DNA of 62,158 nucleotides from Campylobacterota bacterium (lineage in GTDB: Bacteria > Campylobacterota > Campylobacteria > Campylobacterales > Sulfurimonadaceae): positions 1 to 62,158 of the forward strand of contig JAYEKO010000004.1 of NCBI GenBank assembly GCA_034661055.1, in the 5' to 3' direction. Each line of letters starts with the position of its first letter. The first letter of the stretch is position 1. Below the pieces are notes generated by a model. That model was not told where the DNA came from and did no database searches. It saw only the letters and a program-made list of their open reading frames with translations. This document shows, piece after piece, positions 49,209 to 59,813 of the stretch. A program made the translations under genes and the position numbers.

Positions 49209-50006
49209 ATGCAGCGTAGTGCAGCGGTAAGAGGAACATTTTATCCTCGGAGTTGTAATGAAGTAGGAAAAATTATAGCTTCTTTCAATGATGAACTATC
49301 AAAACGTTTAAAAGATAAAAGCATATTAAAGCAGAATCCTCGTGCTATTATTGCTCCTCATGCTGGTTATGTCTATAGTGGTTTTACTGCCAATTTAGCT
49401 CATAGGCTTTTAAAAAATAGTAGTGCAAAGCGTGTTATTGTTATTGGTCCAAGCCATTATGTGCATATTAAAGGAGTTAGTTCGATTGATGCCGATTCTT
49501 ATGAGACACCATGTGGTGAGTTACCGATAGATAGAGATTATTTAGCATTAATGAAAAAATCTTTTTCTATCGGTTATGCACCTGATGCACATAGGCAAGA
49601 ACACAGTACTGAAACCCAGATGCCATTTATTAAACACTACTTTCAAAAAGCAAAAGTCATTGAGTTAATTTATGGAGAAGTTAGCTACTTGGAGTTGGCG
49701 AAACTCTGTTATGAACTTCTAAAAGATCAAGATAATGTTATTGTTATTAGTACTGATTTAAGTCACTTTCACACAGAACAAGAGGCTGAAAAACTTGACA
49801 ATATCTGTCTTAACGCTATTGCAAAAAAAGATAATACTTTAATTAATCAAGGGTGTGAAGCGTGTGGTTTAACAGGGGTTAAAGCAATTTTAGAAGTTGC
49901 AAAAAAAGTCAATTATGAGGTGAAGCTTTTAGACTACTCTACTAGTGCAGATTATAGTGGTGATAAATCTAGAGTCGTTGGGTATGTAAGTGCTGCGATT
50001 TTTTAG
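49209..50006 (+). CDS. amrB: AmmeMemoRadiSam system protein B (MEMO1 family)
   Basis: GTFYP, PHAGYVYSG, GPSH, EHSTE, STDLSH, ACG, VVGY. Confidence 0.9.
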   Translation: MQRSAAVRGTFYPRSCNEVGKIIASFNDELSKRLKDKSILKQNPRAIIAPHAGYVYSGFTANLAHRLLKNSSAKRVIVIGPSHYVHIKGVSSIDADSYETPCGELPIDRDYLALMKKSFSIGYAPDAHRQEHSTETQMPFIKHYFQKAKVIELIYGEVSYLELAKLCYELLKDQDNVIVISTDLSHFHTEQEAEKLDNICLNAIAKKDNTLINQGCEACGLTGVKAILEVAKKVNYEVKLLDYSTSADYSGDKSRVVGYVSAAIF

Positions 50007-50036
50007 ACGTTTAATATTTACATGTATAATTTTACC

Positions 50037-50399
50037 ATGAAAATAATAAGCACACTACTTTTTTTAACACTAACACTTTTTGCATGCACGGGAGACTGTT
50101 TAACTTGTCATCCTGCACTTATTCCTACTATTAATGAAGATTTGCGTCATAAGCCGATGCTTACTTGCATTAACTGTCATAGTGCTAATCCAAATAGTAT
50201 GGCAGAGTGTGGCAGTGACTGTTTTGGTTGTCATCCAATGGAAAAAATTAACAAACCAAATCTTAGAGAACATGATGTTATTCAGGCGTGTAGAGATTGT
50301 CATATGGAGATGACACGGTCTCTGACAGAGTTACCGTCTTCTACGGGGCAGTCGCATGCGCAACCGCCTCTAAAAGAGTTTTTATTCAACTCAAATTAA
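50037..50399 (+). CDS. Small exported multiheme c-type cytochrome (four CxxCH)
   Basis: Signal peptide; CLTCH, CINCH, CFGCH, CRDCH. Confidence 0.8.
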   Translation: MKIISTLLFLTLTLFACTGDCLTCHPALIPTINEDLRHKPMLTCINCHSANPNSMAECGSDCFGCHPMEKINKPNLREHDVIQACRDCHMEMTRSLTELPSSTGQSHAQPPLKEFLFNSN

Positions 50400-50917
50400 G
50401 CGTAAAGTTCTTCTTCAACCTTATCAAACATTTTTAGAACGTTTTCTAGGAGTTTTTGACTCTCATCTAAAATCTTATCAAACTGCTCAATCTGTGAAGC
50501 TGCATTGTCAAAAGTTTTTACAATATCATTTTTCACTTGGTTATGATGGTTGTTACCTCCACCTTTAAGTGGCGTTAACACTTCATTTAGAGCTTTTGTA
50601 ACCTGACCACGCGAGGTGCTCTGTTTGCCATCTGAAAGCTCATTCATAAAATTGTCAATATAAGGCTGTGCAATTTTCATAAACTCTTGAATCTCTTTTT
50701 TATCTTGCTTACTTATTCCATTACTATCAACTTCAAAGCTATAAGATTGCATGGATGCAAATGAAAAAGAGCTACTGCTTCCACTGGCATCTTTAGTCTC
50801 TTTCATAGAGAGCTCTTGCTTGTTGGAGAAGTCAAGTGAAACAGTGTCCCCACTGCTAGTACGCATCTGAATGTTTAAGTCATGAGAACGGTACGCATCT
50901 AATGATGAACTAATCAT
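50396..50917 (-). CDS. Hypothetical protein, probably sigma28-controlled
   Basis: GGAGG RBS; MRTSSGD..SLDF N-terminus; sigma28-like promoter upstream. Confidence 0.75.
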   Translation of the reverse strand: MISSSLDAYRSHDLNIQMRTSSGDTVSLDFSNKQELSMKETKDASGSSSSFSFASMQSYSFEVDSNGISKQDKKEIQEFMKIAQPYIDNFMNELSDGKQSTSRGQVTKALNEVLTPLKGGGNNHHNQVKNDIVKTFDNAASQIEQFDKILDESQKLLENVLKMFDKVEEELYA

Positions 50918-50949
50918 GAGTCACCTCCATATTGTTTTGTTATCATTTA

Positions 50950-50976
50950 GTATCGACTAATAAAAGAATTACTTAA
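50950..50976 (-). promoter_or_regulatory. Putative sigma28 (FliA) promoter
   Basis: Minus strand TTAA-N15-GTCGATAC, close to TAAA-N15-GCCGATAA. Confidence 0.55.
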
Positions 50977-51051
50977 GTGAATTAAAACTTAAACGCACTT
51001 TAAGTATGTTTTGACTATAATTGCGCACTAAAAATTGAATAAGGAATGGTA

Positions 51052-51186
51052 ATGAAAAGAACATACCAACCGCATAATACGCCACGTAAGCGTACTCATG
51101 GTTTCAGAGCTCGTATGGCAACAAAAAATGGTCGTAGAGTACTTAACGCTCGTCGTGCTAAGGGCAGAAAAAAATTGAGCGTTTAG
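51052..51186 (+). CDS. rpmH: 50S ribosomal protein L34 (not in ORF track)
   Basis: [44 protein letters not shown]. Confidence 0.98.
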   Translation: MKRTYQPHNTPRKRTHGFRARMATKNGRRVLNARRAKGRKKLSV

Positions 51187-51197
51187 GCTCCTTTTTA

Positions 51198-51512
51198 CTG
51201 CTGAAACACAATCGAGAGTTTCAGTCTATCTACAGAAGAGGCAAGAATCAACATTCGCGTTCTTGTGTTCTCTTTTTCTTTCCCAAATCTGGGGAAAAAT
51301 TCATAGGTTTTACCGCTGGCAAAAAAGTTGGCAACGCTGTTAAACGTAACCGCTCAAAGCGTCGGATGCGAGCTCTTTTTTTTGAGTTTTCAGACAAGCT
51401 TAAAGAGGGTCATTATGTTCTTGTAGCAAAAGAGGCTATGAACTCTACATCACCAGCACAACTTAAATCTGATTTTCAAAAATTATTAAAAAGAACTGGA
51501 GCATTAAGTTAA
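51198..51512 (+). CDS. rnpA: Ribonuclease P protein component (not in ORF track; start codon non-canonical and uncertain)
   Basis: LKHNREFQSIY...GFTAGKKVGNAVKRNRSKRRMR (RNR motif); located between rpmH and yidD. Confidence 0.92.
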   Translation: MLKHNREFQSIYRRGKNQHSRSCVLFFFPKSGEKFIGFTAGKKVGNAVKRNRSKRRMRALFFEFSDKLKEGHYVLVAKEAMNSTSPAQLKSDFQKLLKRTGALS

Positions 51513-51838
51513 TGTTTCGTAAAGCTCTTCTTCTACTTTTAAGTGCTTATCAAAAATTTCTCTCTGTACTTAGTTTTGGTAGTTGCAGATATTATCCATC
51601 ATGTTCAGAATATGCGAAGTGGCAATTTGAACATAATTCACTTTTTTATGCTTTTTATAGTAGCTTTTTTCGTATTTTAAGATGTAATCAACTCTTTAAA
51701 GGCGGCATTGACTACCCAATTTTAAATAAATTGTCTGAGCATCCCTCAACTTTAACTTTAGATACGATAAAATACTGGCTTGTTCCAAAAAGTCATAATC
51801 GCTTTTATATAATCAAAAACTTTACTTTTAAAGGGTAA
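51512..51838 (+). CDS. yidD: Membrane protein insertion efficiency factor YidD
   Basis: CRYYPSCSEY, RILRCN..GG.D. Confidence 0.93.
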   Translation: MFRKALLLLLSAYQKFLSVLSFGSCRYYPSCSEYAKWQFEHNSLFYAFYSSFFRILRCNQLFKGGIDYPILNKLSEHPSTLTLDTIKYWLVPKSHNRFYIIKNFTFKG

Positions 51839-51840
51839 TC

Positions 51841-53475
51841 GTGTTAGAAAACATGTCATCGAACCAACGTCTTATTGTAGCAGTACTGCTTTCATTTATA
51901 TTTTTTGTAATATATTCGGCAATTGTCCCACCAGAAAACCAGATGCTTGATGATCAAAATAGATCACAACAAGTCCAAAATGTCACTGTAAAAGATGGAG
52001 TGCAAAATGGCTACAATGATGCCAAAGCAGTACCATTTACACCAGAGGTTCAGTCAGAAGCTACACAAACACCACTTCCAGCTTCAAGTTCAAGTAATCT
52101 TGTTCATGTAGAAGCTCCAAACTTCTCTTTAGATGTAGATACATTAGGTCGTATTAGCTCTAAAGTATTAAAAGAAGAGAAGTTTAGCAGTGATGATGGG
52201 CTAACACAGCTAATTTCAGACTACGGCACTAAACCACTTCACATACGTTTTTCAGATGCTAGTTTAGATGCACTTGCACTAAAAACTCCTTATATTACTA
52301 CAGCTTCAAATCTTGATCTTACTGCATCAGATAAAGCTACCGTAACATTGACTCAGACACTACCTGAGGTAACTGTAGTTAAAGAGCTAACATTTTATGC
52401 AGATGGTCATTACGATATTAACATTAAACTCTCAAATGAGAAGCGCTATTTTGTTTACTTAGGACAGCGTGCTAAGCAGAAAAATGAACAGATGATGACC
52501 GTTAACGGTGCTTTAGTTTATGACAGCACAGGTCTTATGACAGTCTTTGAAGATGAAGATGTTGAAGGACGTTCAACGTTTAGTAACTTAGAGCTTCTTT
52601 CTGCTTTTGGACAGTATCACGCTTCTATTATGTATGGTTTAGATAGAGATATTAATGTTATTGTTGATCGTGATCGTGACAGTAATCCTGTTGTCTATTT
52701 TGATGCTAAGCCGACAACCTCTTTTCACGGTTATTTAGGACCAAAAGACTACAAGATTTTAGAGTCTGTTGACCCTATTTTAGTCAATGCTATTGAGTAT
52801 GGTTTCTTTACTTTTGTGTCAGCACCACTATTTAGTGTTCTTTTGTGGCTTCATGGTATCTTTGGAAACTGGGGTTGGGCAATTATTGCACTGACATTTA
52901 TTATTAGAATGCTGATGTTTCCATTGACATTTAAAGGTATGATGTCTATGCAGAGAATGAAAGAGATTGCACCACGTGTTAAAGAGGTTCAAGCTAAATA
53001 TAAAGGTGATCCACAGCGTATGAATGCTGCAGTAATGGACCTTTATAAGAAGCATAATGCCAATCCGGTTGGTGGATGTCTTCCTATGCTGCTACAGATT
53101 CCAGTATTCTTTGCAATTTACCGTGTACTCCTTAATGCGGTTGAGTTACAGGGTGCATCATGGTTGGCATGGGCAGATCTCTCTAAAATGGACCCTTACT
53201 TTATACTGCCTCTACTTATGGGTGCTACAATGTGGTATCAGCAACACATCACTCCAAACAACTTTACAGACCCTATGCAAGAGAAAGTGTTTAAGTGGTT
53301 ACCAGTTATATTTACGTTCTTTTTCATCACATTCCCAGCAGGTCTGGTACTTTACTGGTTAATTAATAATGTATTTTCAATTATTCAACAGTTTATTGTT
53401 AATAACAAATTTGAGACAGATAAAGCACAGCGTCATGAACAACACTTAGCGGAGAAACATCATGATAAAGATTGA
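51841..53475 (+). CDS. yidC: Membrane protein insertase YidC
   Basis: GNWGWAII, GGCLPMLLQIPVFFA, PAGLVLYW. Confidence 0.96.
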   Translation: MLENMSSNQRLIVAVLLSFIFFVIYSAIVPPENQMLDDQNRSQQVQNVTVKDGVQNGYNDAKAVPFTPEVQSEATQTPLPASSSSNLVHVEAPNFSLDVDTLGRISSKVLKEEKFSSDDGLTQLISDYGTKPLHIRFSDASLDALALKTPYITTASNLDLTASDKATVTLTQTLPEVTVVKELTFYADGHYDINIKLSNEKRYFVYLGQRAKQKNEQMMTVNGALVYDSTGLMTVFEDEDVEGRSTFSNLELLSAFGQYHASIMYGLDRDINVIVDRDRDSNPVVYFDAKPTTSFHGYLGPKDYKILESVDPILVNAIEYGFFTFVSAPLFSVLLWLHGIFGNWGWAIIALTFIIRMLMFPLTFKGMMSMQRMKEIAPRVKEVQAKYKGDPQRMNAAVMDLYKKHNANPVGGCLPMLLQIPVFFAIYRVLLNAVELQGASWLAWADLSKMDPYFILPLLMGATMWYQQHITPNNFTDPMQEKVFKWLPVIFTFFFITFPAGLVLYWLINNVFSIIQQFIVNNKFETDKAQRHEQHLAEKHHDKD

Positions 53476-54358
53476 AGCAACAACACTTGAAGATGCTTAT
53501 GCTGACGCCGCTACTAGGTTACAGTGTTCTGTAACACAGCTTCAAGTTGAAATTGTTCAACACCCTTCAAAAGGGTTTTTGGGCATGTTTAAAAAAGGTG
53601 CCATAATTGTGGCACGATGTACGGTAGTTGAAGAACCTAAAGCTCAAGAACAAAAACTAAAAAAAGCAGATCAAAAGCCAAAAAAAGAGAAAGTTACTGC
53701 ACCTGTTAAGCAAGAGATAGAAGAAAAACCTGTTGAACAGACTGTCTATAATGACACTATTATGCCTGAAAGTTTTGTAACGGATCAAGATGAAGTGCAT
53801 GTTGAAGAGCAGTCTTTAGATGAACTAAAGGAGTCTGCTGCAGCTTATGATAGCTCTGAAATAGATTCAAGCTTTTTTGATGAACAGTGTGAAGCAAGTG
53901 ATGTAGTTCAGGAGATAAGTGAAAAAATCAACAAACTCTTCTCTCATATCTGTTTTGATATTGATGCTATTAAAGTGTGCGTTTATAATGAGGATACAAT
54001 TTTAGTAGAGTTCTCAGGAAAAGATGCTGCACTTTTAATTGGGAAAGAAGGGTACCGCTATAAAGCACTCTCTTATATGATTTTTAACTGGATTAGTTCA
54101 GAATATAACTTACAGCTTCGTTTGGAGATTGCAGAGTTTTTGATGAACCAAGAAGAGTCAATCTCTCGTTATTTAGTTAGTGTATGTGAAACAGTTGAAC
54201 GTGATGGACGTGCACAGACTAAAGTGCTTGATGGTGTTTTAGTCCAAATTGCTCTAAAGCAACTTCGTGAAATCTACTCTGATAAATATGTAGCGATTCG
54301 TTCGACTCGTGATGGTCTAAAATTTATTATAATCAACGACTATAATAACGGCTATTAA
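53462..54358 (+). CDS. jag: Jag/KhpB-family RNA-binding protein
   Basis: Jag_N (PSKGFLG), KH motif LLIGKEG; located between yidC and mnmE. Confidence 0.85.
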   Translation: MIKIEATTLEDAYADAATRLQCSVTQLQVEIVQHPSKGFLGMFKKGAIIVARCTVVEEPKAQEQKLKKADQKPKKEKVTAPVKQEIEEKPVEQTVYNDTIMPESFVTDQDEVHVEEQSLDELKESAAAYDSSEIDSSFFDEQCEASDVVQEISEKINKLFSHICFDIDAIKVCVYNEDTILVEFSGKDAALLIGKEGYRYKALSYMIFNWISSEYNLQLRLEIAEFLMNQEESISRYLVSVCETVERDGRAQTKVLDGVLVQIALKQLREIYSDKYVAIRSTRDGLKFIIINDYNNGY

Positions 54359-54367
54359 GGCAATAGT

Positions 54368-55711
54368 ATGAGTAAAACTATTGCAGCCATTGCCACTGCT
54401 CATGGCGTTGGTTCAATTGCTATTATTCGTCTTAGTGGTCCTCTCTCTTTAGATATTGCCAAAACACTTTCATTACAAAATAGCTTCAAAGCACGACATG
54501 CTACGCTAACCTCCCTTTATAGTGTCAATAATCAGCTTATAGATGAAGCCATTGTTTTGTACTTTAAAGCGCCTTATAGCTTTACAGCAGAAGATGTTGT
54601 GGAGTTTCAGTGTCATGGTGGACTTATTGTTGCGCAACAGATTCTTCAAGCCACTCTTGATGCTGGTGCAGAGTTGGCTAATCCGGGTGAGTTTTCTAAA
54701 CGTGCTTTTTTAAACGGCCGTATTGATCTGAGTGAAGCTGAGGCAATTGCTCAGTTAATCGAAGCTAAAAGTGAAGATGCTGCAGCAATTTTAGCCAAGC
54801 AGATGAAAGGGTCACTACGAGAATATATTGAGTATGTCAGAGATGAACTTCTCCATATTCTTGCCTATTCAGAAGTTAGCATTGACTATGCAGAAGAGGA
54901 TTTGCCTCAAGACCTCATTAATCAGATTATGAGTAAGTTAGAAAATTTACATGTAAAACTGAGCAATACTCTAGAAGCATCACAAAATAGAGTAGGTCTG
55001 ATGCAGGGCTTTAAAGTTAGTATTATTGGTAAGCCCAATGTTGGCAAAAGTTCACTACTAAACTCACTGTTAAACTACTCTAGGGCAATTGTTAGTGATA
55101 TTGCAGGAACCACACGTGACACTATTGAAGAAGAGGTCAAAATTGGTTCACATCTTATTAAAATTGTTGATACTGCTGGTATTCGTGAAGCTGGTGATGA
55201 GATTGAACGTATTGGGATAGAGCGTTCAATAGATGCTATTAAAGAGAGTGATATTGTCATAGCTCTATTTGATAACAGCCGAGACAGAGATGCTGAAGAT
55301 GAAGCAATTATCTCACTTCTAAACAGATGCAGCAGTGAAAAAGAGCTAATTGTTGTTATTAATAAGAGTGATTTAAAATCACAGTTTGATGTGAGTTCTC
55401 TTAGTAAATATGATCTAGTGACTTTAAGCTGTAAAGAAAGTAGCAGTGAATTAATTGCTAAACTTAAAACTATTATGGACTCTAAAAACAGTTCTGATGA
55501 GATGATGCTCATCTCAACACGTCAAGTCCAAGCGGTGAGTAAGACACTACAGGCAATTAAAGAGTCGTATGAGCCACTTCAAGATCAAGAGCTTGAGATA
55601 TTTTCATTTAATTTAAATGTTGCGTTAAATGAGATTGCTTCAATTACAAGACCGTTTGAAAATGATGAGATGCTAGACAAGATGTTTGGAAGTTTCTGTC
55701 TAGGAAAATAG
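54368..55711 (+). CDS. mnmE: tRNA modification GTPase MnmE
   Basis: TIAAIAT, GKPNVGKS, GTTRD, DTAG, NKSD, FCLGK. Confidence 0.97.
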   Translation: MSKTIAAIATAHGVGSIAIIRLSGPLSLDIAKTLSLQNSFKARHATLTSLYSVNNQLIDEAIVLYFKAPYSFTAEDVVEFQCHGGLIVAQQILQATLDAGAELANPGEFSKRAFLNGRIDLSEAEAIAQLIEAKSEDAAAILAKQMKGSLREYIEYVRDELLHILAYSEVSIDYAEEDLPQDLINQIMSKLENLHVKLSNTLEASQNRVGLMQGFKVSIIGKPNVGKSSLLNSLLNYSRAIVSDIAGTTRDTIEEEVKIGSHLIKIVDTAGIREAGDEIERIGIERSIDAIKESDIVIALFDNSRDRDAEDEAIISLLNRCSSEKELIVVINKSDLKSQFDVSSLSKYDLVTLSCKESSSELIAKLKTIMDSKNSSDEMMLISTRQVQAVSKTLQAIKESYEPLQDQELEIFSFNLNVALNEIASITRPFENDEMLDKMFGSFCLGK

Positions 55712-55713
55712 AG

Positions 55714-56112
55714 ATGAAGATTATTGCAATAGATTTGGGCTTAAAACGTATCGGTTTGGCGTATAGTGCTGATGGTAATATTGTTACACCGCTTAATGCT
55801 GTTGAACGACGTAATCGTAATCAAGCTTCAGATGATGTTCAAGCTATTATAAAAGAGTGGGGCGCTCAAGTTGTTGTTGTTGGAATTCCTATTGGTGGCA
55901 GCAGTGAAGATGAGATGCGACGACGGGTAGCTCACTTTATGAATCTGGTTGCTTTTGAAGGGGAGCTTCATTTTCAGGATGAGAGTGATAGCTCATTAGA
56001 AGATGAAGCCTTAATGCGGGGCAATATGAAATACAAGCGTGACGGTAGAATCGACTCTATTGCAGCTAAAATTATCTTAGAACGTTGGCTGGTCTCTCAT
56101 GGCGGGATGTAA
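55714..56112 (+). CDS. ruvX: YqgF/RuvX (DprB) family nuclease
   Basis: AIDLGLKRIGLA, VVGIP, QDE, IDSIAAKIILE. Confidence 0.9.
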   Translation: MKIIAIDLGLKRIGLAYSADGNIVTPLNAVERRNRNQASDDVQAIIKEWGAQVVVVGIPIGGSSEDEMRRRVAHFMNLVAFEGELHFQDESDSSLEDEALMRGNMKYKRDGRIDSIAAKIILERWLVSHGGM

Positions 56113-56758
56113 AAAATGTGGCGCACCACTTCAAGAGATTACATGTAAATATTGCGGCACACGAAATGATATTAATCTGCAAGAAATCCACGAATATACA
56201 CTAAAGCACCCAGAGACACTTCGTACCTGTCCTACATGTAATATATCGTTACAGACTATTGATCTTAAAACAGGTGGAGCATTTTTAATAGAGCGGTGTC
56301 ATAGATGTCATGGACTCTTTTTTGATCTTAATGAACTTCAAGCACTAATTGATTTAACTGTAAAACACTCCTATGAGATTGACTATAAAAAACTTTATGA
56401 TAATGCCCAAAAAGTTTCATTAAAAGAGAAAGTGGTTTATAAAAAGTGTCCTGTATGTAGTAAATTAATGCAGAGACGCAACTATGAAAAGAGTAGCGGA
56501 ATTATTGTAGATGTCTGTGTTAAACACGGTATTTGGCTTGACTCTGGAGAGTTAAAACGTATTTATGAGTGGGTAAAAGCTGGCGGCATACACCACAGTA
56601 AAGAGCAAGAAAAAGCTAGAGAAAAAAGAGAAGCACGTTATGAAAAAGAGCGAACAGAGAGAATCAAGTATGATTCGAAACATTTGCAAAGAGGCTCAAA
56701 AAATAACAGTGAAATAAATCTATTCGATATTTTTGATTTTTTTGATTTTAATTTATGA
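56099..56758 (+). CDS. Multi zinc-ribbon (zf-TFIIB-like) protein
   Basis: CKKC/CKYC, CPTC..CHRC.GLFFD..EL, CPVC..CVKHGIWLDSGEL. Confidence 0.8.
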   Translation: MAGCKKCGAPLQEITCKYCGTRNDINLQEIHEYTLKHPETLRTCPTCNISLQTIDLKTGGAFLIERCHRCHGLFFDLNELQALIDLTVKHSYEIDYKKLYDNAQKVSLKEKVVYKKCPVCSKLMQRRNYEKSSGIIVDVCVKHGIWLDSGELKRIYEWVKAGGIHHSKEQEKAREKREARYEKERTERIKYDSKHLQRGSKNNSEINLFDIFDFFDFNL

Positions 56759-56764
56759 GTAAAA

Positions 56765-57412
56765 CTATAAAGCCCCAAAGAAAGTAGCTGCCTCTTCTTC
56801 ATCATCACTCAAGTGCTCTTTTTTAAAGTCTGGATCGTTCTTTATTTTATCTATAGCAATACTTTTACAAAACTCAAAAAGACGCTTACGTGCAGTTTTA
56901 TGGTCAAAAATAAACCCCATACCACTAAACTGATAGGGCTCTTCTTGTTCAATGCATAAGAGTAAACCGTCGCACTCTTTCTCTATTACATCGACTAGCT
57001 CGCGGTATTTAATATTAAACTCGGTAGCCTGCCATCCGATATCTTCAAGCTCTGTGTCTAAAAACTCGGCAATACCATCAGCAGTAGTGTCATCATAGTC
57101 ACAGTGCTTAATATTTAAGCCAATAATATCCTGCCATGCAGCCGCAGCCTTAATTAGAATACGCTCTTCATCTTCAACGACTCTATAGTTGTTTCCAAGT
57201 AATTCACTAAAACTTAATGATTTTTGTGGTGTTAGTGCTGCTGATGAGTGTTGTGTGATTGTACCTCTATAGATTAATGCATTAGAGTCAAGGTTTTCAT
57301 AGATGATATTGCCATCATAAGTGATAGCAAACTCTTTATTGGAGTTAATGGCATTGAGAAGTTCTGTACGTTGCAAAATAATAATTTCATTGAATAGATT
57401 AAATTTTTTCAT
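56765..57412 (-). CDS. Hypothetical protein
   Basis: 215 aa acidic ORF from MKKFNLFNEII. Confidence 0.75.
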   Translation of the reverse strand: MKKFNLFNEIIILQRTELLNAINSNKEFAITYDGNIIYENLDSNALIYRGTITQHSSAALTPQKSLSFSELLGNNYRVVEDEERILIKAAAAWQDIIGLNIKHCDYDDTTADGIAEFLDTELEDIGWQATEFNIKYRELVDVIEKECDGLLLCIEQEEPYQFSGMGFIFDHKTARKRLFEFCKSIAIDKIKNDPDFKKEHLSDDEEEAATFFGAL

Positions 57413-57447
57413 TAAATTATCCCAGTTTTTTCTGAATTTTAGCATGA

Positions 57448-58593
<1,146 letters not shown>

Positions 58594-58595
58594 AA

Positions 58596-58643
58596 TAGCG
58601 ACGCACTTGCTGCGTTGCTACGTTCGTCAGGCACATTAGTGCC
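58596..58643 (+). other. Structured intergenic element with two hairpins downstream of ilvC
   Basis: TAGCGACGCA-CTTGC-TGCGTTGCTA (58596-58620) and GGCAC-ATTA-GTGCC (58630-58643). Confidence 0.5.
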
Positions 58644-58784
58644 ATTCCTCTCTTTACACCTTGTAATAGCATCACTCTTTATAAACTTTTCTACATGTAA
58701 ATTAATTGCAAAATGAAATACTAATGAACTATTAACTCCGATTTGAATAGAATTCACATTAATTACATATATTTAGGATTTTAA

Positions 58785-59804
58785 GTGGCAAAGCGTAAGG
58801 CAAAAAAGAAGGAGTCCAAGGCACTCTCTTCTTTTCTTTTTATATTTTCATGGTTTGTTGTTGGACTGATTACTATTGTACTGCTAGTGGGCATCGGGTA
58901 CTACTATGGCTACAAAGAGGGTACTATTGAAAATAGCAATGTGAATAAAAAAGAGATTCATGAACTACGTAAAACTATAAAAAAATTACAAAGCAGTACA
59001 AAAAAATCTAGTTCTGTCTCCAACTTAAATAAAAAACTGCATACCGTCTTAAAGCTGAACCGTAAAGAGTACGCCACTGCTGCACATGAGTATGTAGATG
59101 CTAAAGGCAGCGTGACTGCACCACCAAAAGCGGTAAAGCGTAAGCTGATATACTCCTCATCTCGTCCTAAACTAGCTATTATTATTGATGATGTCTCATT
59201 TAGTCGTGATATTAAAGCAATTAAAAATTTAGATATGCCGCTTACTATGGCTTTTTTACCACCTAGTGATCGTCATCCAAACTCTGCAACATTGGCTAAA
59301 GATGAGCCTTTTTACATGGTTCATCTGCCTTTAGAAGCTATGCGTTTTAATTCTGAAGAGCCTTTTACTTTACATGTAAATGATTCACAAAGCGAGATAT
59401 CAGAGCGAATTGGTAAGATTAAGAAACTTTTCCCTCGTGTTAAGTACATCAATAACCATACAGGTAGCAAGTTTACTGCAGATGAAGCAGCAGTTAATCG
59501 TCTTATCTTTACATTAAGAAGAAATGGAATTAAGTTTATTGACAGTAGAACAACCGCTCAGACAAAAGTACCTGATGTGATGCAAAATTATGGGTCAGAA
59601 TATGTTGCTAGAGATGTGTTTTTAGACCATGTTGCTGATGTTGCTTATATTAAAAAGCAGATTCAAAAAGCGGTAGATAAAGCCAAGAAGCATGGCAGTG
59701 CTATTGCCATAGGCCACCCACGCAGTGAGACACTGCAGGCGTTAGCTGAGTCAAAAGATATCTTGCAAGATATTGATCTTGTAAGAATTGACTCTCTAAT
59801 TTAA
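58785..59804 (+). CDS. Divergent polysaccharide deacetylase family protein
   Basis: LAIIIDD, HLPLE, NNHTGS, FIDSRT, RDVFLD, AIGHP. Confidence 0.9.
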   Translation: MAKRKAKKKESKALSSFLFIFSWFVVGLITIVLLVGIGYYYGYKEGTIENSNVNKKEIHELRKTIKKLQSSTKKSSSVSNLNKKLHTVLKLNRKEYATAAHEYVDAKGSVTAPPKAVKRKLIYSSSRPKLAIIIDDVSFSRDIKAIKNLDMPLTMAFLPPSDRHPNSATLAKDEPFYMVHLPLEAMRFNSEEPFTLHVNDSQSEISERIGKIKKLFPRVKYINNHTGSKFTADEAAVNRLIFTLRRNGIKFIDSRTTAQTKVPDVMQNYGSEYVARDVFLDHVADVAYIKKQIQKAVDKAKKHGSAIAIGHPRSETLQALAESKDILQDIDLVRIDSLI

Positions 59805-59813
59805 AGGACTTTA

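Noticed and set aside
50918..51051. Replication origin next to rpmH
   Set aside because: No dnaA gene and no cluster of TTATCCACA-like boxes; the short region is accounted for by divergent promoters.
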